DNA of 64,000 nucleotides from Phoronis australis (lineage: Eukaryota; Animalia; Phoronida): NCBI GenBank assembly GCA_002633005.1, contig NMRA01000915.1, positions 36,689-100,688 on the forward strand. The letters are read 5' to 3'. The position numbers were made by a program, and so were the translations under genes. Within the stretch, counting starts at the first letter, position 1; every line of letters starts with the position of its first letter. A model generated the notes under the pieces. It was not told the DNA's origin. It searched no databases and saw nothing but the letters and a program-made list of their open reading frames with translations. This document shows positions 50,601 to 62,860 of the stretch, piece after piece.

Positions 50601-53600
50601 AACTTCTGCCCTTGCCAGCGTATGCAGAGCCTTCGTCTATCCGTAAATAGGTCAATGTATGTTTAAAAGATGCATTTGGCATCCACTACTACAGCGTACA
50701 GAAGCGAAAAGCAGACACGCAATGTCCAAGCTAATAACTACAATTCATGCATGCTTCAAAAATGATCGGTGAATCATGAATTGCAACTCTTGTTCCATTT
50801 CGGTGCAAAATGAAAGAAAAGGCTTTGAAGAACGAAACTTGGCACGCAAGGACGACAAAGGTAACGACACAAATACAACAATGGTGATGACAACGATGCA
50901 CATGAGACCAAGAGCGACAACGACAACGATCTCGAAAGCAATGGCACCGCCAACAAGGCCGACAACAATGCCCTTGCCAACGGCAGTGTTCACACCGCAG
51001 ACAATATAGGCAAAGACGACTACGCCTACGATAATGTGAAGCCTGCGCGACTATTGACAAGAGCAACGTTGACGATCCGAGAGCGCCACCAGTGTAACTG
51101 ACAACACCGTCGACAACACACCATGACACTATAAAGAGATATTTTGAAAAATGCCCATACCTCACAGTGCCATCTGGCGTCCAGTCTAACTAAAATGCAA
51201 CACATTTTGAGATGCAAACAAGACAAATATTGTGTGCAAGTTTCCTGACAATCGAATGAAAAATGAGGTGTTTGTCGTGAGAATGATTGGAAAGGTCTTA
51301 GAAGAACTCGTATTGTTCTCAAATCCTAAGACGTCTACTACAAGCCTGAGTGACTGACGTTGTAGCGTCTTACGAAGGTAATCAGAAAATCTCGAATAAC
51401 TCGAGTCGTAACGAGAAACAAATACCACACTGGTAGCTCTTAACAAGATCGATTCAAATATCAAGTTCCAGAATGATCCTTCAAAGGACGCCAGAGCTTT
51501 GACACGGCAGATCAAACAATAAAACAATAGCCGTTACAGCCCCAACTTTAGTCCAACCAAGAACAGCAGACCTCTAGCTCCTTCCAGTTATGTGTTGCGC
51601 TCTAATTTCACGTCGATGAAACAAGAATTGCGCACAAAATAACTTCATGCCAGAGCAATTTACTTGGCAAAATTTCGCCAAGTAACAACAGTACAATATA
51701 CATGTATACATATGTATATGTTGCTTCATAACACTTGAGTACGTTGGCAACAATTGTCTTGAATAGTATTGCTTCTGCTGAGGTTCTAGCTTCAACGCAG
51801 TCCTCTCGTAACTTCTTGATGACATACGCCCTTGTGTACACGAATAAGCAGACATAGATTCAGACGCGGACGCAAATGACTCGGGAACCGTAAATATGAA
51901 AAATTTAGCAGAACATGAGCAGAACATGGTCTCAAGCTCAGAAAGTGTTACTAATCTGTGTAAGAAACTAGATGCGACCAGTTTTGTAACAAGTGACAAC
52001 ATGAATTGAAATAAGCCTGTTGACAGAAAGGTTGACAGAAAAGTTGTTTGTAGAATTTTGAATGAGTCAAAATTTCATCATGATCAACAGAAAATCTTCA
52101 CTTACCAATCGATTTCTTTGCCTTTTCATTCACCATTTGCCTAAGTTTTTCTTGGTCGTATTTCCGCTTGGACTTCGACAATGCTTGTTTGTTGATTTTG
52201 TTGGTTATATAGGCAACAAGTATGCAAACTGAAATACATTGGGCTCGCAATTTAAGGACAAAGCTTTCAAATGACTAATTAACTAGCAAGGCTGGTGATT
52301 TCTTTTTAAATTGGCAGGATCTCACAAGATCTGCATCACCCTAATGTAACGCAAGATGCCGTCTAGGGTTGCGTTCCGGAGACGCAATACACTCGCGACG
52401 AAGCGCGATGACGCAAGATCACACCAAATCATGCGCGTGAGAAGAGTCAACTGTTTCGTGAGTACGCTCGGAACTTTACTGGCGTACACTTTCTAATGAT
52501 TTATAGGCGAGGCTGGGTTGTTGATTATTAATTCTCCGTTTCCATTGGATTTCTCACTGCTAGTGCGTCGCTAGTGTGTTGCGTTTACGGAGCGATTCCC
52601 GGTTTCGTCGCATAAGTCAAAATTTCTCGTATCTAACATCAATGAATGCACTGGACGCTCACATTCTTAAAAAATGAGCTGACTTATGAAATTTACTGCG
52701 TCAGCTGAGATCACAAGGTGACACGAACTGGCATATGCCAACAGATTAAACGAAACAGGCGAAAATTTTGAGTTTAAAAGGACCTTCGAAATCCTTGATT
52801 TCTCACCGAATGGAAATATGATAAGAGCGACGATAGATGCGATGTAGGAGAACTCGCTGGTGACGAAGTAGTCGTAGTTCCGACGTGATGTACAGCGTAA
52901 CTCGACATGCTTGTTGAGTTCGTCTACTGAGAAGGTTTTGGCGGTACACGGGTCGCCTAAAATTACAATGATACTTTGGATGTACAACATGGATGCACAT
53001 TTATGGTGGTTTGTGCAACAACTGAACATGACGATGATTGTTCCTCGCACGTGCTCTATTGTGTGTAGTTTTTATGTAGCACATTATAAAGGACCATGCA
53101 AACTCTTAAGATTGTTCTAACTAAAATAGGAACTTAAATAGACACGTCCAGTTCTGTGTGTATGAAATACTCCATGTCTGTACGCTGCTGCATACTTGTG
53201 TCAAACCCTGAGGGATAGAAGATAGAGGTATTGATGACGTGGATAAAATAAAGCCTCGAGGTGTCGATGCTTACCAGGTGTGTGATAAAACACGTTGTTG
53301 CTGATTTTTCTTATGCCCATTACGTCTGACATCACTTTACTCAGGGTGTATGTCTTTATTTCAGCTATTTCTGAATCTGTGAATAATCTGCGGACAAAAG
53401 AAGGATACACTGTTGGCTTTTTTGGTTAATGCACCTAAACTTGCCTAAATTTTAATGTTTATGAATTGGTTTAGAAGAATGACACTTTGTCTCAAGCATG
53501 AAAACAGTTAACTCTACATTTTCTGAAGTACGAACAAAAGGCAATTTGAAAACATATTGAAGCAGGCGACATCTCACCCATTTTGCTTATTCTCAAACCA

Positions 53601-56600
53601 AAACCTATCCGCGTTCCTGAGCCTGATAAACTGCTCCTTCAAAACATCGGTGAACAACTTGCAGAAGTGTCCGTTACGCGTCTCCATCATTCCACCCGTG
53701 AAAACATCGACACTCGACATGTTAGGGTAAAGGACATCAAATGCACCAACCAACTGAAACAATGAAGTGTGATATTCTCAACCTCATTCAACAGTATCAG
53801 ATTCTCCAAAGTAAAATAACGAAAGTCAATGGAATAAATGTTTTCGATCTTGGTTAGTTAAACGTACAGATTAAAGCTAGGCTGGGTATTCACTCTCTTG
53901 GTTTACGGATTGTACAGGTGCAGATTCGAGGTGACCTTAAGCGTCCTGTTGTTCAGTTTTTCAAATATCTACCTTTGTTGTATTTTCCCTAGCCACTATT
54001 CGTCAACGTCTAAATGCGTCGTTATCGTAGGACGGTTTGGGAAGTTGCTCCCACTGCACGTTTTTCGCAAAACAAAATTAGTTCGTATGTGTGTATGTAT
54101 GTATGTATGTACATGTATGTATGTATGTATGTACCTGTCTTACATCTTTTACGTAAATTTGACCATCTATCCTGTCAAGTCCCAGATATAATGTGGTTCC
54201 TAGGCAACACATTTTATGTTTTCAACATTACTTTTCTCTCAAAACATAGCACTGAACTTAAAATTTCGTAAAACAATTGTATTTAAAGCTTAAAATTCCG
54301 AGGGCCTACTAGGCCACTCATAGGCATAGCTGATATACCTATCATTGGTTTCTGAACCAATTTAGGGAATTGTTCCTTACGTTTGGATGTGATTCCGTCA
54401 CATTGAAGACTGGTTGTTCTTCGCCACACCAAGTAGTTCTTACAGTCTGGTAGTCTGCGAGACCAAAATCTCTACCACTCATCAGTGTAAACGCGATTGC
54501 GTCAACGCGAGAATCGTGAAGCGGTCCGAAGTAGCTATCTGCACGATAAGTGAAAGGTGATAAACGTACCATATTGCGAATGCCAGTCGAGAGACGGTAT
54601 TCACGGGAATCTCCTTATTTGGAGAACAATCCAAAGTTTCTGGAAAAGTTTCTTCTCATGCTCCAGATGTCGGTTGTGTTCTGGCAAATAAGCAACACCT
54701 TTGTTCGAATGAAGAAAACTACGTTAAACACGCCTTTAAGTCGTCCAGTTCCTGTTAAGAATGTGGGTGGACCTTCCTACCAGTTCGCCATGTGATATAT
54801 CTTGTAGACATGCACATGTATCGTCTACATGCTTGTTTCTTAATATGCAGAAGGTGGGCCACTATCATATATCTGCGCCTCGGTATCAGCATGGCAGCAG
54901 TCAGATTGGGTTATGCGCGCGCACATCTTTGTTTTCATGTCGTGCTTTAATTTACAGTGATCTGTTAGAATTTGATCACACGTCCAGCACCCAATTTGCC
55001 GAGAGTCAGAAACGGTTGGACTGTTACTACAGTAGGATAAATCTCCAAGTGTTGGTTGGCGCCAGTGTCAAATTAGGAGCTTTTTCCTTCTGACAAACAT
55101 TGTCAAACGGTCACTAGGTTGCAAAAACAAGTAAAATTTATTGCAATTTAAAATACTACGGAATTACCTCGAAAATCCTCAACAATGCACGTGTCTTCCT
55201 TTTCAGCTTTCTGTGACGCTAGTCCTGCTAAGACTTGTTCCACTTCAATTTTTTTCTCTTTGAATAAAATCTGAAACCGTAAACATGAACGTCACTTTTT
55301 TCCTACTTGCTAGTCGCGCAAGCACATGGTTTGGATGTACAGTACAAGCCAGGAGTGTCCAGACAAAATAACCCGGAATACCCCGCCATGACGGCTGAGC
55401 GGAAACCGAATTCGACGTGATGTATTGCAGTCTTCTCTCATGACTAAAAACGAGGGGAATTAACAGGAGAGTTAGTAAGGTAGCTAAGCCATTGTGTTAG
55501 AATGTTGCAGCCCTAATCTCTATTACCACTAATCTTTGTTGTCAACAGAATTAGCCGGCATGACGAGTAAACGTTATTTTGTCTGGTTACTTTTGTCTTG
55601 TACTATTCACATTGTACTCATTGCTAGATGTAAAATAGACTGAAGTGATTTGTATTATACCGCCATCTAAGTCAGGGCTGCCAAAGTTCTGCTCTCGCTG
55701 TCCTTCTTTCCTCATTGAAGCAATTATTGTCCGACGAGATGTAGGTCTTTTCTCAACAGTCAACCCTCATTTCTTATAGAGTATTTTACGTGGACGTTTT
55801 TAACCGGCCTTAATTTAAGTAAATGTCTGGCAGCCAAGGGCGGAAATTGACAATTTGAAATAAAATCGCAAAAAACGATGAATGTGGTTGTTTTTACAAG
55901 TCTGGTCAGAGTTAATAACTTTAAGAGGTCCATCCCAAAAATGGCGTTCTTCGTCCTTAAAAAAAGACCATGTCCCTTTAAAGGATATACCTTTTTGTGC
56001 ATCATTACCTGAGAAATTCCGTACGAGTTACACAGTCGCAGGGTCTTGTTGACTTCGTCACAGGTCATAGGATTTCTGAAAATATTTCGTTTTCAAAATC
56101 AGAAGCACGATGCTTACAAAGGAGCTCGAGTGCACCTATAGCCCACTTGTAAAAATTCATGCGCTCAGGTAGTCTCCTAGACCCCTGATAACACGAAATT
56201 TATATCTTACCATGTTCTGAGTAATTCTAGATGGGCAAAAACAAAAAATGACATGATATACCATAATTGTCGTCAAGATTACCCCTAAAACACAACGACG
56301 CCCATGCGTCTTGTAAATGTATCGCCTCAGCCAACTTTTACCGCGTTCACACGAGGACTTTCATAATAAGGCAAATAGGACTCTTGTGTCCGGTTGTATA
56401 GGAACAGTTCCAATAGGAACTCGGTTAAGTTCTCTAAATTTTCAGCGTATCTTTAGACTTTTTTATTCAGTAATATTTTCCATCGCTTTATCTTTATTGG
56501 AAGCTCTTCTCTTATTTGTGACGTTTTACAGTGATCTGTATCTGAAAACCGGCCCTTGATTTCACTGAGTTCTTAAATTTGGGTCATTGCATGAAAAGGT

Positions 56601-59600
56601 CTATTGTTTATTTTCAATAGTATTATGAATTCAACGTAGAGTTTTGTATCCTTGCGTGTCAAAAACCAAAAGTTGCAACGCAGATAAAATAACAGAAACG
56701 GCAAAATCAGTATTTTTGCAAACGTCACAATGCGCAGAAAATGTAGGAAGGAAGTTGACTCCCTATTGTGCCTGTTTCATGCAACGGGGCACTGGCAAAT
56801 CACGGGCGATCACAATGGACAGGCAGACCTTCTTCTCGTGATCGGAGGGAAAACCAGCTGTCTGATTACTCAGACGTCTGACGAGCATTGACAAGCATAT
56901 GGTTGTTCAGACCGCGGATCAGACATCATATCAGATGTGCCTTCTGACGAGACGCCATTGGAACGTATTGGTTCTCACCTGACGTATATTGCAGGGGGCA
57001 CTAAAGTTTTCCAAAACTTCATAGCCGCAGTTTCGAAGGTCGTCGATATATCTGGCTGAATGTTGTTCACATACTTTTCGTACGGCGGCAGTTTTTCATT
57101 TATGGCTACTGGTAACCATTCGTTTATAATGATATTCTGAAAATAAGCGACAAAGTCCAGGGTTACTCTCACTCAGTTGTAGAAACTCTAAAACATTCCA
57201 TATGTTTATTTAAGAGCACAACTTATTCACACAGTTTTTCCATTAACTTCATCTGTGGGGCTTTAAAATTGGTAGATTTTGGCGGACATAAAGATAAGGC
57301 TCAATACATGTAATAACTACCTGTGCGTACAAGTTAAAGAAGACACCAATAGTGCACAGGAAAAGAGAACAGTCTCCGGGTTTTTTTAAAAGAAGAAGGT
57401 CTTTTGCAAGCTTTCAATATCCAGGAAATAGTATGTCTGATATGACTTAAAACCGATTACAAAACACTATTAAGTACATTGTAGTTTGTTAACAAAATTG
57501 GCTTAAAAGCAAACACGAAATTATTAAGACACGTTTTACATAGTTTTTGCACTGATCGCCATGATGTCATAGTTTGTCGTTGAATGCGTGCCTGGTCGAG
57601 ACGTTTTTACATTTATCGGACATGAGTTATTTGGAATTAAGGTATGTTAATATTTCTACCCACCACCACCAGCTACAACGAGCGGTTTACCGATGCAATA
57701 CTACAAAGTGACCGTAATTTAATTGTTTTTTTACTTCAGCTGACATGAAACAATTTCACAGAATAGCGTAATTGTCCCTAAATAGTTTTACCAAAGACAA
57801 AAAACGGACTTGACAAACACGAGGACCGCCGGCTAAATGTGTCTGTTATGATACCTACCTGATAAATAGCGATGACTTTCTTACGTGCTGTGTAAAAACG
57901 CTCTTCGTCGGTTAAGTTGGCATTAAGCTGCAGAGCAACATGGTTGTGTAGTCGGAACCACAGGGTCGCCAGAGAAAATATTGCGGGGTTTTGATGAGCG
58001 TGCACGTCACCAAACACTAGAATAAAAGCAGAATGAATATGAAATCTGGTGCAAGCCCCCAATCAGAAAAAAAAGTTCTTTTGACTCGGACCAATCGTCG
58101 CTTCTGAAAAATAGTTCTCTTGACTCGGATCACTCACGGCTTCTGAAAAAATAGTTCTCTTGACTCGGACCACTCACCGCTATGTTCATAAATAAGGTTG
58201 AAAAGGATTTTCCAGATATTCTGTGAGCCTGGGAAAAGTGAAAATTTGTTATTTCTTAAAATCAGGCTCAATGCGTTGACTTGACTGCGTTGAATCAAAA
58301 TGTGCAGAGCATGGCGTCTTGTATCGACGAACTATCACGTCTTTTGGAGGACAAGGCCCAGAAATTACAACCGTTCTGAAAAAAGAACGAGATGTGGCTA
58401 ATTTTGTAACAGCAACGTGATCTAAGTAAAAAATTATTTAACGACAGAATCAGGTACATACCAATTTTCGATGTGTTAGCACGATGAAGACAATATGTTG
58501 CATTCATAGACACTTCTGCTAAAGGCGTTCTTTTATACTTAAAGTTACAGTTGTGATGTGAACACTAGGGAGTGAAAGATGCGGAACAGTATTTGTACTT
58601 ACTGTAGAGTTTATCTGTATCCTGGTACTCGTTTTTTAGTGGATTTGGAATATTTTGAAATGGTAATCCGGGCTTGTTAATGCCCGGGTATTGTGGGTTA
58701 TCCGGTAATGTCACTAGCGTCCCATTGATGAAGGATCGAAGAACATTCGCCCAAACTTCGCTACTCCCGTATATGAAGCTACCGTCTATCCAACTGGTTG
58801 CACTGTTAACCTTAAAATTAAACTTTACATATTGATATATACGGTTATGATCAACAGATGGCGTTATATAGGTAGCATTTCGTTATACGTTCGAACCAAT
58901 GGCGGAATAAACTAAGTTTTAAGAAAACGTAGTAGTTCGTATTAAATCTATCACCAGTTAAGACATTACACATATAATATGGGCGCTGTAAATACGACTG
59001 CTTACAATAACTTTTTATTGAGACCGTTTACAGTTGATTCTTATACTGCAGATTACATGTGCTTTCTGGGCTTAGAAAGAAGTACATACAAGTTGACTTG
59101 ACCCAGTTGATCATTTCATGCGCCGAGCATAGTCTGAAGCAATATCGAGCCGTTACTAATTCCCCAAGCTAGACGTCCATAGATCACAACTGAGCAAAGA
59201 AAAAATTGAGACGTTTGCATGAAACGGTCCCAAATATTTACTCCACCAAGTTCCCTAACTGACCTGTTGTGTATTTGTGGTCTTGTAAAAATACTGATTG
59301 TCCTTTCTTAGTACGCTGTTTGAGTATCGTTACTAAGCCAGTTTTTGGCTTTGATACAAGTCGAGAGTGAATTCTACGTCGAATTCTCAGTATTAATGAA
59401 AATAAGTAGGGATATTTTCATGCAATGCCCCTAATTTAAGGACTATGTCCCTAATTTTTTTATTGAATTAAAGGCTCAGTTTTTAGTTATATTATTAGAA
59501 AATGTCATTTGTAACAGAGGAGCTCGTAACAAAGGTAAAATTATAGATAAACATTACGTATGTGAGTTATGAACGAAATAAATGAGCAAAACATTTGGAG

Positions 59601-62144
59601 AAGTAGTTGAGTCCCTATTAGGGACTGTTTCATGCAACCGGCCACAGGGGCCCATATTATTAAAGTTGTACACTTCAGTGGTTGTCACGTGTCTTGCAAA
59701 CGGAACGTTTGGTTTTATAGAAACACAACGGCCATCTTTATGAACCTCTTGAACTGTGTGTTGGTTAATTCTCAGTTAATTCTTCCCTGGAAACACTGCA
59801 AAAATACTCTAACGTGTGGTTATGCACGCAAACACATATTTGAATGCTTTTTATAATCAGTTTTAAGATCGACAACTTAAGTAACGTGGGCAGAACCGTT
59901 TTAGCGGCACTTTTTGTTTACCATCCAAGGGTTTCTTACTTTGATACCAGCGGAGGATGCCATGCGTACATTGTGCAAATTGTTATTTTTAGTGCCTGCC
60001 TTCTACTGTTCAACGTATGCGACAGTTTAATTCATTCATACTTGTACAGTTTTAAATGCGGCTGTTTTTTTTTAAATTGTGAAGTGAAAATAGTTGAATT
60101 AGACATGAAAGAAAAAGTGGAACTGTTAGGCCGGCGAAAGTACTCACGAAACGTTCTCCTACAGCCTAGGGTCGTATGACTAAAAGATTAAACTTAAAAC
60201 CGCGGAGTAAAGTAAGACGAAACTTAGTCGAACGTAATAAACTATGAAAGAAGAATTCGTACTTGTTTTCTTGGATTGTTCAAAGATTGTCCAGTCTTCT
60301 TGTCGTAGCGCGCCCGCTCGAACGGCATGTTATCGTCACCAAGTTTTGGGTCATTTTTAAGTGGCACATTAATGACCTCTGGCGGGCAAGTTGGCTGCGA
60401 TGAGTCACTGATCTCCATAGAAACCATCTGACCTGAACAGAAAAGCGATGAATGGAGAGGCGATGGCATACAGAGATCTGTTGATAGTAGACTGTAACCA
60501 ATCAGTCATAAGTATTTACTTAAATATTTTTGGAAACATGGGGCGCCTATCAATACAAAAGAAACGACGATACTTTCGGTGATCATGCATTTTCATATTC
60601 AACTATAAAATATGCAATATTCCGACGTTTCGTTTAAACTTTCAGTATGACCTATTTTTGTATTTATACGTCAACCTCTCGATTATTAATTCACACTAAA
60701 ATACAATCCTACATAGCGACACTTCAACTTTAAAGAGAAAAGTCAGATGTGTATATATATTGCATATTCTTGAACAAGAATCCGTTTGCCTGTTTTAATA
60801 AGATGTGGTACCTTTTCGAAGTTCATTTTACACAGAGTCTAAAAAGAGACTCCCGATCAGTCTAAATTGTGACTCAGGTTTTCGTGTTGACTCTGAGTAA
60901 AACCGTCGTAAAGTTAGGGCGTTTCAGTGAAACACGACCCCTATAGTCAAAACATTTCTTGCTAGTACTAATGCTGTAGCCAAAAGTTGATATTACACAA
61001 AGGACGTCGAACATGGGCAATCAATCTTGAATGGTGAATAATTCCATGGACGCCAAATTGTTTTTCAGCACCACCGGCGTGGCCACGGGGCGCTATGGGA
61101 CCATGGCCCCTATGTGCTTTGCAAAAATTCTGTTCAAAACTCGTTTCAGTTTTGCGTTTGTCCCTTTGCTGCATGTAAAGAGGTCCTAGATTACAAACTA
61201 AGGTTTTGCAATAAAAGATTATGTAGAAAACTTACTGAAAAAGGCAAACAGGGCAGTCCTATTGGGAGAATATTCAGTTGGCGATGTACAGTTAAACAGC
61301 GCGTTGCTAACATGTCGCGCGTTGGGTCTGCCGGCGAACGTAGCCTGGTATGTCCCGTCATCGTACACCGTAGGCACTTTGTTTATATAGTGCTCGCCTG
61401 TAGAAAAAAAAAGAAAACAGAGTCACAATTCAAATGCTACAAGAAGAGACATACACAGTCTGATTTTGATTTTGTGCCTTGTAGTTGTTATCAACTTTAG
61501 TTGTTGTTTTATAGCTCCTGGAGAACTTGCTTTACTACAACAAGAACATCGATGGATACGACAAAAATGATGGCCACATAGTGACAAGACCAACGACTGG
61601 GACAACGACACCAATTAGAAAAATGTGACTAAAAGTACACCAAACACATCATAAAGAAGAATAATTATTGTAACCATTTCGTTCGCGTGAACTGAGACAT
61701 GAATTTCAACCAAAAATCAGTGGTGGGTACTGAATCTGTTTAAGTGACATATTACAGATTTTAATGCGGACGTTTAATGAATTCTTTGAAGCAAAATATC
61801 ACCGTGTAACCCTCATTAAATCTCAGACGTTTGGGACAAATCTGAAATCTCGTTACAAAATTTGCTCAATCGACAAACGTATTTGAAATTCGAAGCGAGT
61901 TGAAAAACCACCGCCTCGAACAAGAGAATCCACTTTGTGGCACAGTGGGTATTTTACATTGGAACGATGGTTTCGTGTTTGAGAGAAGTCAATTATTATC
62001 ATTGTTTAACAACAGTTAGCAGCCAGCTATTGATGAAAGCAGTTCTTGGTGCTTAAATTTCTCGATTTTTACCTGTCGACCCCCACTCTATATTTGCCAA
62101 GTTATTGTACCAGCCATCGAAGCGTTGCCTTTCAAAGACAATAT
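31519..62144 (-). CDS. DUOX: Dual oxidase (peroxidase-like domain, TM, EF-hands, 6-TM ferric reductase, FAD and NADPH domains); 5'-incomplete
   Basis: 28 exons with GT-AG introns and consistent phases, total 4463 nt (~1487 codons): 62073-62144, 61236-61397, 60263-60432, 58603-58810, 57859-58016, 56979-57136, 56009-56075, 55168-55270, 54381-54538, 53578-53753, 53275-53387, 52807-52956, 52106-52228, 43103-43311, 42264-42449, 41625-41717, 41280-41415, 40943-41036, 39835-40146, 38816-38970, 38144-38374, 36656-36796, 36134-36415, 35460-35689, 34219-34383, 33682-33837, 31955-32083, 31519-31644. Motifs: [56 protein letters not shown]-terminal HHYENF*. Confidence 0.97.
33333..33487. mobile_element. 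hAT-type MITE (155 bp)
   Basis: TIRs cagtgctgtagtgg / ccactacagcacta; perfect 8-bp TSD CATACAAG (33325-33332 and 33488-33495). Confidence 0.88.
36134..38970 (-). CDS. DUOX: DUOX NOX transmembrane/heme domain (4 exons)
   Basis: [14 protein letters not shown]; heme His pairs [16 protein letters not shown] and [17 protein letters not shown]. Confidence 0.94.
39096..39400. mobile_element. Penelope-like retroelement remnant as an inverted (fold-back) pair
   Basis: ~110-bp inverted arms 39096-39207 and 39249-39364; 13-bp TSD-like repeat ctcaaagaaacta (39083) / ctcgaagaaacta (39401); hammerhead-like core in each arm. Confidence 0.6.
40943..41415 (-). CDS. DUOX: DUOX EF-hand pair (2 exons)
   Basis: Canonical 12-residue loops [12 protein letters not shown] (exon 41280-41415) and [12 protein letters not shown] (exon 40943-41036). 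Confidence 0.93.
43470..43992. mobile_element. AT-rich MITE-like element with degenerate TIRs ending at TTAA
   Basis: atagtcatgtaggaccct vs aaggtcctgcataacct-taa. Confidence 0.4.
45692..49038. repeat. Direct tandem duplication of ~1.67 kb inside the 8.8-kb DUOX intron
   Basis: Copy 1 45692-47368 and copy 2 47371-49038 are colinear with scattered substitutions and small indels; an ambiguous n lies at the junction (47369). Confidence 0.95.
49228..49368. mobile_element. Short palindromic MITE family member; related copies near 4050-4181, 47238-47368, 48903-49040, 52365-52440
   Basis: gtgcgttccaaagacgcaa ... ttgcgtctacgaaacgcatc termini; shared cttgtaatgcatggc core. Confidence 0.6.
52807..62144 (-). 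CDS. DUOX: DUOX extracellular peroxidase-homology domain and first TM (12 exons)
   Basis: [73 protein letters not shown], then YDYF followed by hydrophobic [14 protein letters not shown]. Confidence 0.93.
54085..54133. repeat. (TGTA)n microsatellite
   Basis: tatgtgtgtatgtatgtatgtatgtacatgtatgtatg... Confidence 0.9.
55340..55605. mobile_element. MITE with ~32-bp TIRs
   Basis: agtacaagccaggagtgtccagacaaaataac vs gttattttgtctggttacttttgtcttgtact. Confidence 0.65.
58064..58181. repeat. Minisatellite, 3 x ~39 bp
   Basis: ctgaaaaatagttctcttgactcggatcactcacggctt repeated three times with variants. Confidence 0.85.
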
Positions 62145-62289
62145 CTGGAAAGAAGAGTGAAATATTACGCTCGCTGTACAGCTCATTGTATTTCGAAAGT
62201 CCATTCTGTATGTCCAGAACATAATCAAACAGTAACGTTATTGCCGTGTTTACGAGTAATTTATTCCTCAATAATTTATTTGTTGCTAG

Positions 62290-62570
62290 TGGAAGTGTTG
62301 GCAGCGTTTCTGATTACAGTTTTGGTGGTGATGAGAAAGGTTAATTGTTGGCGTTGGTAATGGTGATGAAGCTCTTGGGTGTTGATGGCGGTGCAGGTGG
62401 TTAATTGTTCTTGCGTTAGGAGTGGTGGTATTGCTGTTTGGTGTTGATGGTGGTGGCTGTGGTGGTGATGGAGGTTGTTGTAGCGTTGGTAGGAGTCAGG
62501 GTGATTTTGTTGGGTTGTGGTGGTTGTATTTTTGGTGTCAGTAGGACCCGGTTATGATGGTGGAGGTTGA
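62290..62570. repeat. Degenerate (GGT/GTT)n low-complexity tract
   Basis: G/T-rich ggtggtgatg-type repeats. Confidence 0.7.
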
Positions 62571-62639
62571 GTTAGTTATTAAACAATAATATTCCTATCT
62601 CCACGCATTGAAATTTTCATTTCATGAATTTTTCATTAA

Positions 62640-62860
62640 CCTACAGCACACATCACGAATTTTTGTCCGACCGGTCGGCTAGGAGTCGACTACCGGCCGT
62701 CGACCAGTCGGCAAATTAACCGACCGGTCAGCTAATTTTTAGCCGACCAGCAGCAGGCCGCAGTGCCGACTCATAAGGCCACCCACCAGCCGACTCTACA
62801 GCCGACCTTAAATTGCCGAACGGCCGTCAGCCGACCTGCTAGTCGGCTGCTGTTTTTAGG
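62640..62860. mobile_element. MITE-like element with CCGAC/GTCGG subterminal repeats
   Basis: About ten ccgac/gtcgg motifs in both orientations between ccta and tttttagg ends. Confidence 0.55.

Noticed and set aside
50745-50993. Hydrophobic membrane-protein-like ORF on the minus strand
   Set aside because: Val-rich because it is the antisense of ACN-rich low-complexity sequence; not needed in the DUOX frame, where 52106 joins 43311 in phase
56860-56970. Two CTGACGAG motifs as a hammerhead core
   Set aside because: No properly placed GAAA or supporting stems
62290-62570. Thr-rich tract as a DUOX 5' exon
   Set aside because: Low-complexity sequence without convincing splice sites or signal peptide; the first exon probably lies beyond the window
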